A DNA stretch of 64,000 nt from Pristiophorus japonicus. Lineage: Eukaryota. The stretch covers positions 21,142,001-21,206,000 of the forward strand of contig NC_091997.1 in assembly GCF_044704955.1 (NCBI RefSeq). The letters run 5' to 3'. Shown here piece after piece: positions 11,506 to 24,846 of the stretch. The notes below the pieces were generated by a model. That model ran no database searches. It was not told the origin of the DNA and saw only the letters and a program-made list of their open reading frames with translations. The position numbers were made by a program, and so were the translations under genes. Within the stretch, counting starts at the first letter, position 1; each line of letters begins with the position of its first letter.

Positions 11506-11732
11506 AGGCTCTCCATTCAAACAAAATTGGCATTGTTATTATAAAAGTCTTGTCAACATTGGCTGAGGAGTTGAAAATGGGGAAACACTTAAAACGGTGA
11601 GCATACTCACAGGTGCATACATTACAGCAGCTTTTAATAAAAGGCAGTCCGATGTCAACAGAGCAGAACTGTTCAATAACTGTCCCAGTTTGAGGCAAGA
11701 GCTATCAAACAGCAAGAAAGGAATTTCACAGT

Positions 11733-11996
11733 TGTAATGTATGCAACTGTAAATATGCGTAGAGCTGTTGAGTTGTGAGTGGCTAAGCCAGTCAAGTGAT
11801 GTTCACAAGACTCAATAAAACCCCAGCCAGTTGGGTTCAGGGGATTTACGATGAGGCAGGTGGTTGTGAGCCTGCTGGATGAACTGGTAATGTATGGCGT
11901 GATTGTTAAATCATTGTTAATAAACTAACTAGTTCTTAATAGCAATGTGTTGCTATGAATTCTGAAGCAAAGAACCCATGAAGCAAATACATTACA
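11733..11996 (+). mobile_element. Solo LTR-like element (TG...CA)
   Basis: Terminal inverted TGTAATGTAT/ATACATTACA, internal AATAAA; second copy at 6557-6795. Confidence 0.7.
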
Positions 11997-12142
11997 ACTG
12001 AGGTGGCAGGAGATGGTGAAGCAAGTGGGCTTGTCCCAACTGAGAATTCAAAGTTCCCTATTTTTTTCCCCTTCCCTATCCTACAATCTGAATAATATTC
12101 CCAGATAACTTCAATTCTGATGATGGTATAGGCAATTGCTTA

Positions 12143-12694
12143 TAAGAACATAAGAAATGGGAGCAAGAGTAAGCCATACGGCCCCTCGAGCCTGCTCCGC
12201 CATTCAATAAGATCATGGCTGATCTGATCATGGACTCAGCTCCACTTCCCTGCCTGCTCCCCATAGCCCCTTATCGTTTAAGAAACTGTCTATTTCTGTC
12301 TTAAATTTATTCAATGTCCCAGCTTCCACAACTCTCTGAGGCAGCGAATTCTACAGATTTACAACCCTCATAAGAAATTTCTCCTCATCTCAGTTTTAAA
12401 TGGACGGCCCCTTATTCTAAGATCATGCCCTCTAATTCTAGTTTCCCCCATCAGTGGAAACATCCTCTCTGCATCCACCTTGTCAAGCCTCCTCATAATC
12501 TTATACATTTCGATAAGATCACCTCTCATTCTTCTGAATTCCAATGAGTAGAGGCCCAACCTACTCAACCTTTCCTCATAAGTCAACTCCCTCATCCCTG
12601 GAATCAATCTAGTGAACCTTCTCTGAACTGCCTCCAAAGCAAGTATATCCTTTCGTAAATATGGAAACCAAAACTGCACACAGTATTCCAGGTG
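12143..12694 (-). mobile_element. CR1 3' fragment (subfamily B tail)
   Basis: QFWFPYLRKDILALEAVQRRFTRLIPGM; AAGAACAT tail. Confidence 0.9.
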
Positions 12695-13364
12695 AACAGC
12701 AGTTCATACAGCATTTGCTCTATGACTACCCCTCTTTATGTCTTCATGGGAACAACATAGCAAGCCCGTGCCAGACACTCCTCAGAACCTGCAGGAAGCA
12801 GCTCACCCCCATTACATTGCATGCAGAAGCCCTGAGAGTGGGAGATATGAGTGAAGCATAGCGTAGATACACTTGTCACAAGAGAGCAAGAGCATGAATT
12901 GCACAAGGAGGTCTAAGAAGAAGTCCCGTGCCAGAGAAGGAGGGCACCTCCTGTGGCACAGCTGTGCAGGGAGTGGATCCAGATCTCGGAGCTGGATCCA
13001 GATCTCGGAGCTCCTGTTTTCAAAGGCAAATGCTTTCTGAACACGACAGAGCACTGCGATCTTTGGATGAGGCTTCCGTAATATGGTGTCAATTGTGCAG
13101 GAGTCCACATTCCATGTGTTGGACCTTGCAGCACAGATTGAAAGGCATGCAAGCAACCTTGGCATGATTTGCATTTCCAGGCCAATTTGCTGCAGGGGCC
13201 TTGTGGCCAGTCTTGGGTACTTCATGAATACTCAAACTGGTGCAATGCCAGCCTTTGACTACACTGTGGCCTCCTCAATAGACAAGTTCACAAAGGAGGT
13301 TCATTCAAACGGAGTGACTGCTGCCAACGACAGGAAGCTGTGCAGAAGCATACTGTGCATTAAT

Positions 13365-13455
13365 CATAGAATCAGAGAAATTTACAGCAATGGAAGGAGG
13401 CCATTTCGGCCCATCATGTCCGCGCCGGCCGACAAAGAGCTATCGAGCCTAATCT
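13365..13455 (-). mobile_element. Short CR1 3' tail (subfamily C-like)
   Basis: Similar to 35124-35180 and 53680-53740. Confidence 0.55.
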
Positions 13456-14231
13456 GGAAGCTCCAAAGACCGGAAGCATTATGTTTGTGCTTTTGAAAAA
13501 ATGAACATGCAAACGAGCCCACTGCCTTCCCGGCTTTTTCTAATGAGCTCGCTCCCGTAACGAACCGGACGTGCTCCTGCGCACAACGCTTCTACGCAGC
13601 TTCCGGCTCGTTGCAGCAGTCACCTCCTTATTCAAATCAGCAAGGACATAGTGGGAACCTTGCCCAATCCCACCGGTGTAGCGGCATCAGTTCATATCGA
13701 TGCGGTCTTCCCAGATTGTTCCACTTCCACAGCAGCCGCTCCCCTCACTCCCCTGTCCCTCCAGACTGCAAGGAGCCAAAAAAACAGCGGAAAAGCTGCA
13801 ACTTAAAGCCAGCCCATCTGGTACCCTAGCTCATAGAGATTGAGAGCCAACTCCGGTACCAGAACCAGACAATAACATGTATCCTCTAGCCCTGTTCCTG
13901 CCTCGGAGGCATCCCTTAGGAGGAGCATAGGATTGATTAGTTGTGCAGAAATGACACCCACTATTAGGAAATGGGCCCACCGTGGTGGACAGAATTAGTT
14001 AAACACTGACAAGATGAAAAGGTTTGTAAATAAATTTGATAACACGTATAAGTCATGTGTAAATTTCATTTCATGTTAAAGGAAACTGAAGACTTCTATG
14101 ATGGTGGAATGATATCGGGCGGGATTGATGACGATATTTTTCCAGGTGTTCATGGGATCTTTTGATTGGACTGGAAGATCAGAATAAATGGAATGGAATG
14201 AGGTCATATTTTGGAGCTCTTTGGAGCTTTT

Positions 14232-14612
14232 TAAAAAACATTTGTTCACGGGATATGGGCGTCGCTGGCAAGGCCAGCATTAATTGCCCATCCCTAATTG
14301 GCCTGGAGTGGCTTGCTAGGCCATTTCAGAGGGCAGTTAAGAGTCAACTACTGTGGGTTTGGAGTCACATATAGGCCAGACTGGGTTAGGATGGCAGATT
14401 TGCTTCCATAAAGGGCATTTGTGAACCAGATGGGTTTTTACGACAATCCGAGTTTCATGGTCACCATTACTAGCCTTTGATTCCAGATTTATTTAATTAA
14501 CCAAATTTAAATTCCCCAGCTGGCCGTGGTGGGATTTGAACACTTGTCTCCTGATCATTAATCTAGGCCTCTGGATTAGTAGTCCAGTAACATAACCACT
14601 ATGCCACTGTTC
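14232..14612 (-). mobile_element. tRNA-headed SINE, same family as 9815-10280
   Basis: Reverse-complement similarity. Confidence 0.7.
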
Positions 14613-14730
14613 CCATTTAAAAGAATGTCTCCAGAATGGTGTTTCTGAATTTTTTTTTTGTTGTTGGTGCCTGAGTACCTTGAGGTCTTTCTGGAAGCAT
14701 TCATCTCATGCTCCTCCACCATATCCTCAT

Positions 14731-15011
14731 GCTTAGGATAAGGGGCTGCCCATTTAAAACAGAAATGACGAGAAATGTCTTCCCTCAGAGGGTTGCAAAT
14801 CTGTGGAATTCGCTGCCTCAGAGAGCTGTTGATGCTGGGACATTGAATAAATTTAAGGCAGAAATAGACAGTTTCTTAAACAATAATGGAATAAAGGGTT
14901 ATGGGGAGCAGGCAGGGAAGTGGAGCTGAGTCCATGATCTTATTAAATGGCAGGGCAGGCTCGAGGGGCCGTATGTCCTACTCCTGCTCCTATTTCTTAT
15001 GTTCTTATGTT
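14731..15011 (+). mobile_element. CR1 3' fragment
   Basis: LRIRGCPFKTEMTRNVF; TTCTTATG tail; CTCAT on both sides. Confidence 0.85.
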
Positions 15012-15615
15012 CTCATCAGACCCTGGTATCCTCCTAATCATCCAGCTGGATTTCACTAATTATTGCAATGTTATGCAGGACAAAACATGCTATGATGATC
15101 CTGGAAACCTTTCTCGGATAATACTGAAGGACACCTTTGGACTGGTCCATGCCCCTGAACCTCTGTTTAAGCCTCCCAATTGTGTTCTCTACTGTTACTT
15201 TGGTGGACAGATGAACGTTGCTATACTGCTATTCAGCAGCATTGGAAGGAGCACTTGGCAACCATGACAACTGTATAGCCAAGATCCCGTAACAGTCAAT
15301 CCCTCACTCTTTCCACTTCTTCAAACGTTGGTGGGATGGTGGGATGGTGAGCATAAAGGAGTATGAGCGCTGTCAGGAAACCTGGCATTAACCTGCATAA
15401 TCTTCTTCCGGTAGTCACGCACAAATTAAACACCTAATTAAACAATTAAACAAATTAATACCTGAACCCAAAAGAAGCCTGCAAGTCTGTAGAAGCCAAG
15501 TCACAGGGTTGTTGATCTTTGGAGAAAAGTACATGTTGGCTCATTGTGGCAAACAACATACCGAGAATGTCCTGATACAGTGACAGACGGCAGACTTGTT
15601 GGTATAGGCCTTGGC

Positions 15616-15907
15616 AAGACTTGCTTCCACTCTAAAAGTGAGTTCTTAGGTGACTGAACAGTCCAACATGGGAATTACAGTCTCTGTCACAGGTGGGACA
15701 GACAGTCGTTGAAGGAAAGGGTGGGTGGGGAGTCTGGTTTGCCGCACGCTCCTTCCACTGCCTGCGCTTGTTTTCTGCATGCTCTCGGCGACAAGACTCG
15801 AGGTGCTCAGTGCCCTCCCGGATGCTCTTCCTCCACTTAGGGCGGTCTTTGGCCAGGGGCTCCCAGGTGTCAGTGGGGATGTTGCATTTTATCAAGGAGG
15901 CTTTGAT
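15616..15907 (-). mobile_element. RTE 3' fragment
   Basis: IKCNIPTDTWEPLAKDRPKWR...CPTC...HLRTH. Confidence 0.85.
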
Positions 15908-16009
15908 ACCATAATGGGATCAAATTCCCCAGCTGCCGTGGTGGGATTTGAACTCATGACTCTGGATCATTAGTCTAAGCATCTGGAATACCAGTGAGAT
16001 CATCATACC

Positions 16010-16400
16010 TCCAGACCCAGTATATAGAATGCCTGAAATAAGATCACAATGAGGAGAAATATCTCTCTAGCATAGAATGGTACTGCAGATGGCCACCGGT
16101 AACATAATCCTGGTTCTTTAATAAGGTGCAGGTTCTCTCCAAATAAATGGCACAATTCCCTGACCATATCTCTACTCAAACAGAGCCTCTGCAAATACTG
16201 CTCATCACTGAAGTAAAAGAAATGTCCTTCAGGGACACTGCTCACGCACAGTTGGGTCTCTCCTAATTGTAGCTCTCCTCCAATGGTGCTGTCGGACTAC
16301 TTGGGCATCCTGCAGAGATTCCAGCTCATTCTCTTCAGCATCCTCCAGACAGCACATGTAGAGGGAGATATCCATATTGCACAAAAAAGTCTCCTTCCAC
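16010..16400 (-). pseudogene. Degraded Harbinger (HARBI1-like) transposase N-terminal remnant
   Basis: FSDEQYLQRLCLSRDMVRELCHL resembles SEADCVKRLRFQREVVVEICDML of the element at 30221. Confidence 0.5.
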
Positions 16401-16479
16401 CCGCCAAAATCCTCACAAGAGAATATCCCATCTAGATTTATTTTTAACAACCGCAAGAAGTGTACAAAATGATAAGTCC

Positions 16480-16690
16480 ATAGAATCATAGAATGATTAC
16501 AGCACAGAAGGAGCCCATGCAAGAGCACTTCAGCGAGTACCACTCCCCCTGCCCTTTCCCCGTAGCCCTGCAATTTTTTTTTCCTTCAGGTAGTTATCCA
16601 ATTCCCTTTTGAAAGCCATGATTGAGTCTGCCTCCAACACCCTTTAAGGCCGTGCATTCCACATCCTAACCACTCGCTGCATAAAAAAAG
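16480..16690 (-). mobile_element. CR1-type 3' end fragment
   Basis: (ATAGAATC)n tail; QGYGERAG. Confidence 0.6.
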
Positions 16691-17322
16691 CTGTCACTCT
16701 TTACACTATCAAAAAGAACTCTGAATTTGCAGTTATATGAGCATCTTGCACACAAACTGCATCAGGAAATCAGATCGTGCGTCAAAACAATTAATTTACG
16801 TTACTGCACCGGCTTGTGGTTGAGAGCAATGGGGCCCTCTGAGAAGCAGAGCCAGTAGTTCAGGGGCAACGCGAGGGGAACAGAGAGAGACCTAGCACTA
16901 TGGGTCTGCCCAAATTCCCAGTTCACTATGCCTATACTTTGGATATTCCTCGGACACTAGGGCCAGGATAACCTGTTCTATTGAGTGCTGAAGATGCACT
17001 TTATTTGATCTGCCATTGCATTTACATACAACCACCGCCCCCCCCCCTACAAATTGATCAAACCTTTGTTGCCATTCAATATATCATGGTGGATATTTTC
17101 AAGATCACACCACTCACCTTAAACCTTGAATCAGGAATGCTGCAAAGTTATGTTAGACTGCTGATATTCGTCAACACGAACAAGGTGGGTGGCGGGGGGT
17201 GGGGAGGGGGAAGAATCGCTAGGAAACATCTGTGTATCCATTACTTTAATTGAGTAATTGTTGATATAAAATACTGATTTCAATGTAATTCAGAGGAGAA
17301 TCCCCAAGTACATTAAAAGGAC

Positions 17323-17481
17323 NNNNNNNNNNNNNNNNNNNNNNNNNNNNNNNNNNNNNNNNNNNNNNNNNNNNNNNNNNNNNNNNNNNNNNNNNNNNNN
17401 NNNNNNNNNNNNNNNNNNNNNNNNNNNNNNNNNNNNNNNNNNNNNNNNNNNNNNNNNNNNNNNNNNNNNNNNNNNNNNNNN
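17323..17481. other. Assembly gap (N run)
   Basis: 159 N. Confidence 1.
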
Positions 17482-18780
17482 ATTTATATAGCGCCTTTCA
17501 CGACCACTGGACGTCTCAAAGTGCTTTACAGCCAATGAAGTACTTTTGGAGTGCAGTCACTGTAATGTAAGAAAGTTGTAATATTCTAATGTTGGCAATT
17601 TATGGAAAGTAAAACTTTTTGGCCATGATAAAGTGATCATTTTTTTAATAAGCTCGCTGGGAGAAAGTGTTGAAACATATTTCGCCCACATTCTCAAATA
17701 CTTGAGAAATGTATAAAATACTGAACAGATACATCTCAAAAATAGTTTTGTTCTTCATTTTCAACTTCTGTGCCCACTAGGTTAGAAATATCAATGAGTA
17801 AGCAAGAAGTCGAACATCTTGGTAAATGCAGATTTCAATCATTCAAGTAAATCTTCCTGTTTATGACTGGGGGTGGGAGGGAGGGGAGAGCAGGAACTGT
17901 GTAATTACCAAGCACAATGCAGCACCTCATAGCTTGGAATTCTATCATAAACACAGATTACTATTATTACCCTGAAGTGGTGTGTACTGAAACATGAAAA
18001 AGGATGAGTGGGAGAATGGAGCCAAGAAAAAAAATATCTGGAGATTATTATTAACATAAGGTACTTTTTCATGTATTGCATGAATACTTCCCCTTTTCCC
18101 TATACTCATTCCTGGCCCAAAAAGCTGTTTCCTATGTTCCTGCAGGATTGGTTTCAGGGCTGTGAAACTGCACAGGCATTTTTCTCATCTGTCATAGGCC
18201 ACAATGCAAGGCAAGGCTCATTTATAAAGGTCAAGGGGCTCATTTAAAAGTTGTCAGGCTTGTTATCTTGCTGGATTCAAACATGTATAAATAAAGAGAG
18301 ACTAAAATTAACACTGGAAGATGCGTTATTGAACCAAACGTATAAAACGATGTGCTGTTGCATTGATTGTAACTCTGTGGCTTTTCTAAAAATGTGCTGC
18401 TAAAACATCCCTACGTGCAGCCAACTAGCCTATGCAATCACAGCACTAAGAGGGAGTTAGATAGATGCTTGACAAAGAAACAATATGAAAGGGTATTGGG
18501 AAAGGTGACTAGAGTCACTAACATCAAGTGTTGGGCTCGTAGTGGCACACACATGATGGGCTGAAATGGCCTCCATCTGTGCTCACATTTCTATGATTCT
18601 ATGAGGAACAGATAGTGTATCTGATCCTTGGTCATCCTGACTTAGCTATAAGCCTTGCAATGATTCAAAGTTTGATCCTTCTACAACTAACCCTGAATAA
18701 AATAGAATCATACTTCATTCATTTCTGAGCTTTACTTTCTCCCTTATCAACTAGGAAGTTATTTAAGTTGTAAACCCAAA

Positions 18781-19499
18781 GGGCTGGATTTTCGGTAGTC
18801 TAACGCCTGCCTCAGTTAGCGCCCAGAGGGAGTATTAATGCAAGCGTTAGAGCTTAGCGACCAAGCGTGCAGCATTTAGCGCCCTGCCGGAAAATTCGTT
18901 CGAGATTTGGGGCAGACGCAAACCGCTAGTGCCTGGTGCTGACGATCACACCAATCATAACATCAGTCCTGGTGCAATGCTCACGTTGCGCCCAGTTCGA
19001 TAAATTAGGTGCGGCTGCCTCACTTAGCAGCCAACAACAACGTCTGGAAAAACAGTGGGTCCAGGCTTGCAGAGTCGTTAACTGGTGGCTACTTAAAGGG
19101 ATGAGGAAATGCTTCCCTCGGAGGTCACAGTCAGTGCAACGTTTACACACAGCACGGTGCGTGAGCCTTGCAGCGGCAGGCAGACATAACATTACAGCGT
19201 GAAAACGAGTGATTTTGAAAACTTTAAATGGGAGCATTACTATGTCTAAGAGTTGGCTTTTCCCGCAATCTGAGATCGGTGCGTACGCAATGGGTCGATT
19301 AAATATAGCGGCGGCATTTTAGTTAGCGACCCCCCCCCCCCGCCAGGTCAAGTGTGTAATGGCTGACTTTGCATCAATGTCAGCTCTTCGCCCAATTCTG
19401 ACAGATTTCTCGGCCGAAGCGCAAACTTTTACAAGGCGCTAAAATTACCACTCCGCCTGGGATACCGGCCCAACTGAGGTGCGACCGAATTTCTACCCC
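18781..19499. mobile_element. Non-autonomous Harbinger-like DNA element (MITE)
   Basis: Ends GGGCTGGATTTTCGG / CCGAATTTCTACCCC resemble the TIRs of the 29595-35120 element; CpG-rich interior. Confidence 0.6.
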
Positions 19500-19694
19500 A
19501 ATGAGCATTACAGCAATAAAGAGCAGTCGCTACAGTGCATGGATTTGAAGAACATTGGTCATTGCAGCCATCGCATGTTTCTGTAGTAGATTGACCAGTC
19601 AATGCAGGATATAGGTACAGCCACTGGAGGGTATGAGGGAGGTCGGTCCCTGCGCTAATAGAGGTGACAGAGGGGGTTGACTTATGAGGAAACA

Positions 19695-21830
19695 AACATA
19701 GAAACATAGAAAATAGGTGCAGGAGCAGGCCATTCGGCCCTTCGAGCCTGCACTGCCATTCAATATGATCATGGCTGATCATGCAACCTCAGTACCCCAC
19801 CCCTGCCTTCTCTCCATACCCCCTGATCCCTTTAGCCGTAAGGGCCACATCTAACTTCCTTTTGAATATGTCCAACGAACTGGACTCAACAACTTTCTGT
19901 GGCAGAGAATTCCACAGGTACACAACTCTCTGGGTGAAGAAGTTTCTCCTCATCTCGGTCCTATATGGCTTACCCATTATCCTTAGACTGTGTCCCCTGG
20001 TTCTGGACTTCCCCAACATCGGGAACATTCTACCTGCATCTAACCTGTCCAGTCCCGTCAGAATTTTATAAGTTTCGATGAGATTCCCTCTCATTCTTCT
20101 AAATTCCAGTGAGTATAAGCCTAGCTGATCCAGTCTTTCCTCATCTGTCAGTCCTGCCATCCCGGGAATCAGTCTGGTGAACCTTCGCTGCACTCCCTCA
20201 ATAGCAAGCACATTCTTCCTCACATTAGGAGACCAAAACTGCACACAATGCTTAAGGTGTGGTCTCACCAAGGCCCTGTACAACTGCTCCTATACTCAAA
20301 TCCCCTCGCTATGAAGGCCAGCATGCCATTTGCTTTCTTTACTGCCTGCTGTACCTGCATGCCTACCTTCAATGACTGATGTACCATGACATCCAGGTCT
20401 CATTGCACCTCCCCTTTTACTAATCTGTCACCATTCAGATAATAATCTGCCTTCCTGTTTTTGCCACCAAGGTGGATAACCTCACATTTATCCACATTAT
20501 ACTGCATCTGCCTTGCATTTGCCCACTCACCTAACCTGTCCAAGTCTGCCTGCAGGCTCTTAGCATCCTCTTTGCAGCTCGCACTGCCACCCAGCTTATG
20601 TCATCTGAAAACTTGGAGATATTACCTTCAATTCCTTCGTCTAAATCATTAATGTATATTGTAAATAGCTGGGGTTCCAGCACTGAGCCCTGCGGCACCA
20701 CTAGTCACTGCTTGCCATTCTGAAAAGGACCCGTTTATTCCTACTCTTTGCTTCCTGTCTGCCAACCAGTTCTCGATCAACGTCAATACATTACCCCCAA
20801 TACCATGTGCCTTAATTTTGCACATTAATCTCTTGTGTGGGACCTTGTCAAAAGCCTTTTGAAAGTCCAAATACACCACATCTACTGGTTCTCCCTTGTC
20901 CACTCTACTAGTTACATCCTCAAAAAACTCTAGAAGATTTGTCAAGCATGATTTCCCTTTCATAAATCCATGCTGACTTGGACCGATCCTGTCACTGGTT
21001 TCCAGATGAGCTGCTATTACATCTTTAATAATTGATTCCAGCATTTTCCCCACCACCGATGTCAGGCTAAACGGTCTATAATTCCCTGTTTTCTCTCCCT
21101 CCTTTTTTAAAAAGTGGGGTTACATTAGCTACCCTCCAATCCATAGGAACTGATCCAGAGTCCATGGAATGTTGGAAAATGACCACCAATGCATCTACTA
21201 TTTCTAGGGCCACTTTCTTAAGTACTCTGGGATGCAGACTATCAGGCCCTGGGGATTTATCAGCCTTCAATCTCATCAGTTTCCCCAACACCATTTGCTG
21301 ACTGATAAGGATTTCCCTCAGTTCCCCCTTCTCGCTGGACCCTCGGTCCCCTAGTATTTTCGGGAGGTTATTCGTGTCTTCCTTAGTGAAGACAGAACCA
21401 AAGTACTTGTTCAATTTGTCTGCCATTTCTTTGTTCCCCATTATGAATTCACCTGATTCTGACTGCAAGAGACCTACATTAGTTTTCACTAATCTTTTTC
21501 TCTTCACATATCTATAGAAGTTTTTGCAGTCAGTTTTTATATTCCCTGCAAGCTTACTCTCATACTCTATTTACCCCCTCCTAATTAAACCCTTAGTCCT
21601 CCTCTGCTGAATTCTAAATTTCTCCCAGTCCTCAGGTTTGCTGCTTTTTCTGGCCAATTTTTGTATGCCTCTTCCTTGGATTTAACACTATCCCTAATTT
21701 CCCTTGTTAGCCACGGTTGAGCCACCTTCCCTTTTTTATTCTTACGCCACACAGGGATGTACAATTGTTGTAGTTCATCCATGTGATCTTTAAATGTCTG
21801 TCATTGCCTATCCACCATCAACCCTTTAAG
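19695..21830 (-). mobile_element. CR1 subfamily A (ACATAGAA tail), 5' truncated
   Basis: RT ORF fragments 19789-21782; tail at 19695. Confidence 0.95.
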
Positions 21831-22250
21831 GTTGAGTAGGTTGGGTCTCCACTCATTGGAATTGAAAAGAATGAGAGGTGATCTTATCGAAACGCATAAG
21901 ATTATGAGGGGGCTTGACAGGGTGGATGCAGAGAAGGTGTTTCCACCGATAGGGGAGACTAGAACTAGGGGGCATAATCTTAGAATAAGGGGCCACCCAT
22001 TTAAAACTGAGATGAGGAGGAATTTTTTCTCTGAGGGTTGTAAATCTGTGAAATTCGCTGCCTCAGAGAGCTGTGGAAGATGGGTCATTGAATAAATTTA
22101 AGACAGAGATAGACAATTTCTTAACCGATAAGGGGTTATGGGGAGTGGGCAGGGAAGTGGACCCGAGTCCATAATCGTATTAAATGGTGGAGCAGGCTCG
22201 AGGAGCCTTATGACCTACTCCTGCTCCTATTTCTTATGTTCTTATGTTCT
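21828..22250 (+). mobile_element. CR1 subfamily B 3' fragment, head-to-head with the previous copy
   Basis: SRLGLHSLELKRMRGDLIE; TTCTTATG tail at ~22230-22250. Confidence 0.9.
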
Positions 22251-23443
22251 TGACAAGGGATCTTAAAGGGGCAGAAGCACCTTGAAGATCATAAATAAAT
22301 TCCCAATGAAAACTTTGGATGAGACCAGGGCCTTCAGTGAGTAGGTGCTTGGGACCAACTGATGGGAGAGGAGGCCGCTACAAGGCCTTCTCCCTCCTCC
22401 GAGGGAACTTCACCACCATTTCCCGGGCCCACCGCCACCATCCATATGGTGGCCCTGGGAAGCGGCGGTGACTGGGGCAGAAAGGAAGGTAAGGAGGTAT
22501 AGGCCCCGCCTCCCTTCACTGCTATTTGCATACAGTGAGCAAGGAAGGACCAACCAGCAGCACTCCTGGTGGGGGCGGTGGGAGGGAAGTCCCAGTCGGG
22601 TTGGTGAGGTAGTGGAAGGCCTCATCACCCACATTTTCCAGCATTCTCAACCCCGTGCCATGAGATGTCAAGGGGGATTGTGGAGGAGAATTCCCGACCA
22701 TGTCTTTCATACTTGGCCTCATGCGCGTTTCTCCAATCTTTCAGTAGGCTGAAAACACTTCAGTGAGATGAGGCAAGTCACAAATCATTAGGCTGCATTA
22801 CTTTACAGACAGTAAGTGAATGCACAGACTGATCGTTAGAATTACTGGGCTAACTTAATTTTTTGGCGTCAGTTTTCTGGTTCTGACTGGCTCTGAGCTG
22901 GAGATGAACGAGTTTTCCGTCCATAAGCCAGGCTTCCTGCCCAAACTGGACTGACTTTGAACATGGGTTCTTTTCTTTTTTTTTCTACTTCTGATCATAA
23001 AATAGGTCGTTCTAACGATAATAGATGTGGATGTTGGCAGGAATCTTGAGAGGGAATAACAAATGAACATCTTCAATCTACAATACCTGGCTCATTAACA
23101 CATAAACTCCCCTTTCTCTCACTGGGTGCAGTACACGAGCATGAGGCAGATTCTAAACCCTGTGTGAACTCTCTTCAATTTGAAACACACTAATGTTTAA
23201 ACGCACCACTTAAATGTAACTCATTTCTAAATCCATTCTGCTAAATTATCCCAAAATATAGCACCTGCACACAATAGTGAATAAAGATCAGCCATGATCT
23301 TATTGAATGGCGGAGCAGGCTCGAGGGGCCGTATGGCCTACTCCTGATCCTATTTCTTATGTAAGATGCAGCGTTTCAATTTACAAAGGTCTTGCTTAAT
23401 GGAAGGGGGAATACAGGGCAATTACACCTCCAATTATGCCATG

Positions 23444-24340
23444 GGGCTCAATTTTCCCTGGTTATCTGCGCCGTTTGTTTGGCGCGCAGCGCTTTTTTTG
23501 GTCTAAATTCAAATATCCAAGTTTCCCCAAAGATTGTGCGCCAGCGTAACTCAGTTACGATTTTTTTTAGATTAGTTTTTTTTGCGTAACCTGATGTCTG
23601 CACCAGTTTTTCAGATTTAAGCAAGTTTGGCCAACTTACATTTTTCCTAGGATGGTGTATGTGATCACTCCCAAAAAACATTCTGGGCACTTAAGAAAAA
23701 CCATCGAACATCAAAAAAAATCGGCGCAGAAAGACGCCATTGTTTTTATGTGAAGTTTTGGAGGGAGTCAAGAAGACAAAGATTATTCATCATGAAGTGT
23801 ATTTTAATGTTTTCAAACTCAAAACGGAGAAAGTGGAAGTCTAATACAATTCTTTAATTTTGGATTTTTTTCTCAGTGCCATGCCACCACCGAATGTCTC
23901 CTCGACGATCGGAGCTTCGGTCGGCAGAATCACTCCCTCGCCCGGACACAGGGGCTCGGTTTCAAAAGAAGTCCGGAGGGGGCCGGGGGCGGGGCTGGGT
24001 GGAAGCCGAACTGAAGGGATGAGAAGCCTTACACTATACAGCAGCTTCAAAAGAAGCCGGGGTGGTGGGGGGCGCTATGTATTGGGAATTTTTTCAGGGT
24101 TTTTTTTCTCGCCAGGCCTCTCTCGGAGCATTGCTGGGCTGGCTCTTTAGCTCTGGATTTTCCCATGCTCAGCCGGCCTAGCACCCTAAGAGAGGTGTGT
24201 AATGCCTCCCTTCGCGCTCCGCCCCATACTCAGGGCCCAGCTGCCCACTTTTGATGACTGAGGCGCAAATTGTTCCCGGGCGCAAATACCGCCCCGCCGC
24301 CATTACTGCCCCGAAATGAGCAAAGCCGAAAATCCCGCCC
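23444..24340. mobile_element. Non-autonomous Harbinger-like DNA element
   Basis: Ends GGGGCTCAATTTTC / GAAAATCCCGCCC; interior shares segments with 43340-43912. Confidence 0.55.
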
Positions 24341-24846
24341 TACAGCCTAGTTCCTTCTCACCTGCACCTTTTCCGTGAGGAGGATCAGAGGCATCAGAAG
24401 GATGGGCCTCAAATGTGTGGGTACTTTATTTTATTTTGATCACTTTGATTTTCATCATTTGTCAGTCCTACGCACCAGTGTCAACGGTTTTGGTGTTCTC
24501 TGATGTGAAAATGTCTGTTTTGATCTGCCTATCCAGCATCTGGATCAGCAGAAATATAGATGCAGCCATGTACCAACTATGTGTAAAGTCCTGACTCAAT
24601 AGTATAAAACCACATGAGGCACATCCTGGGGACAAGGTCACACACAGATCTTAACTCTTTATTTACAGCACTAAGACAAAGTAACCCTACGTGGGACCTC
24701 CCTTTATATACCTGGGTGCCAGGTATGGGGCAGTCTCCCACAAGTGCACCTCTTGTGGTCAAGGTGTGCATCAAAGTCAAGTGTGTACAGTAATACAGTG
24801 GTGTTACATACATGACATCACTTCCCCCCCCAAAGTCTTATTGGGA

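Noticed and set aside
12975-13012. 20-bp tandem duplication TGGATCCAGATCTCGGAGC
   Set aside because: Ordinary slippage duplication in a degraded region
22270-22760. Possible degraded Harbinger Myb-gene remnant
   Set aside because: Similarity too weak to support by eye
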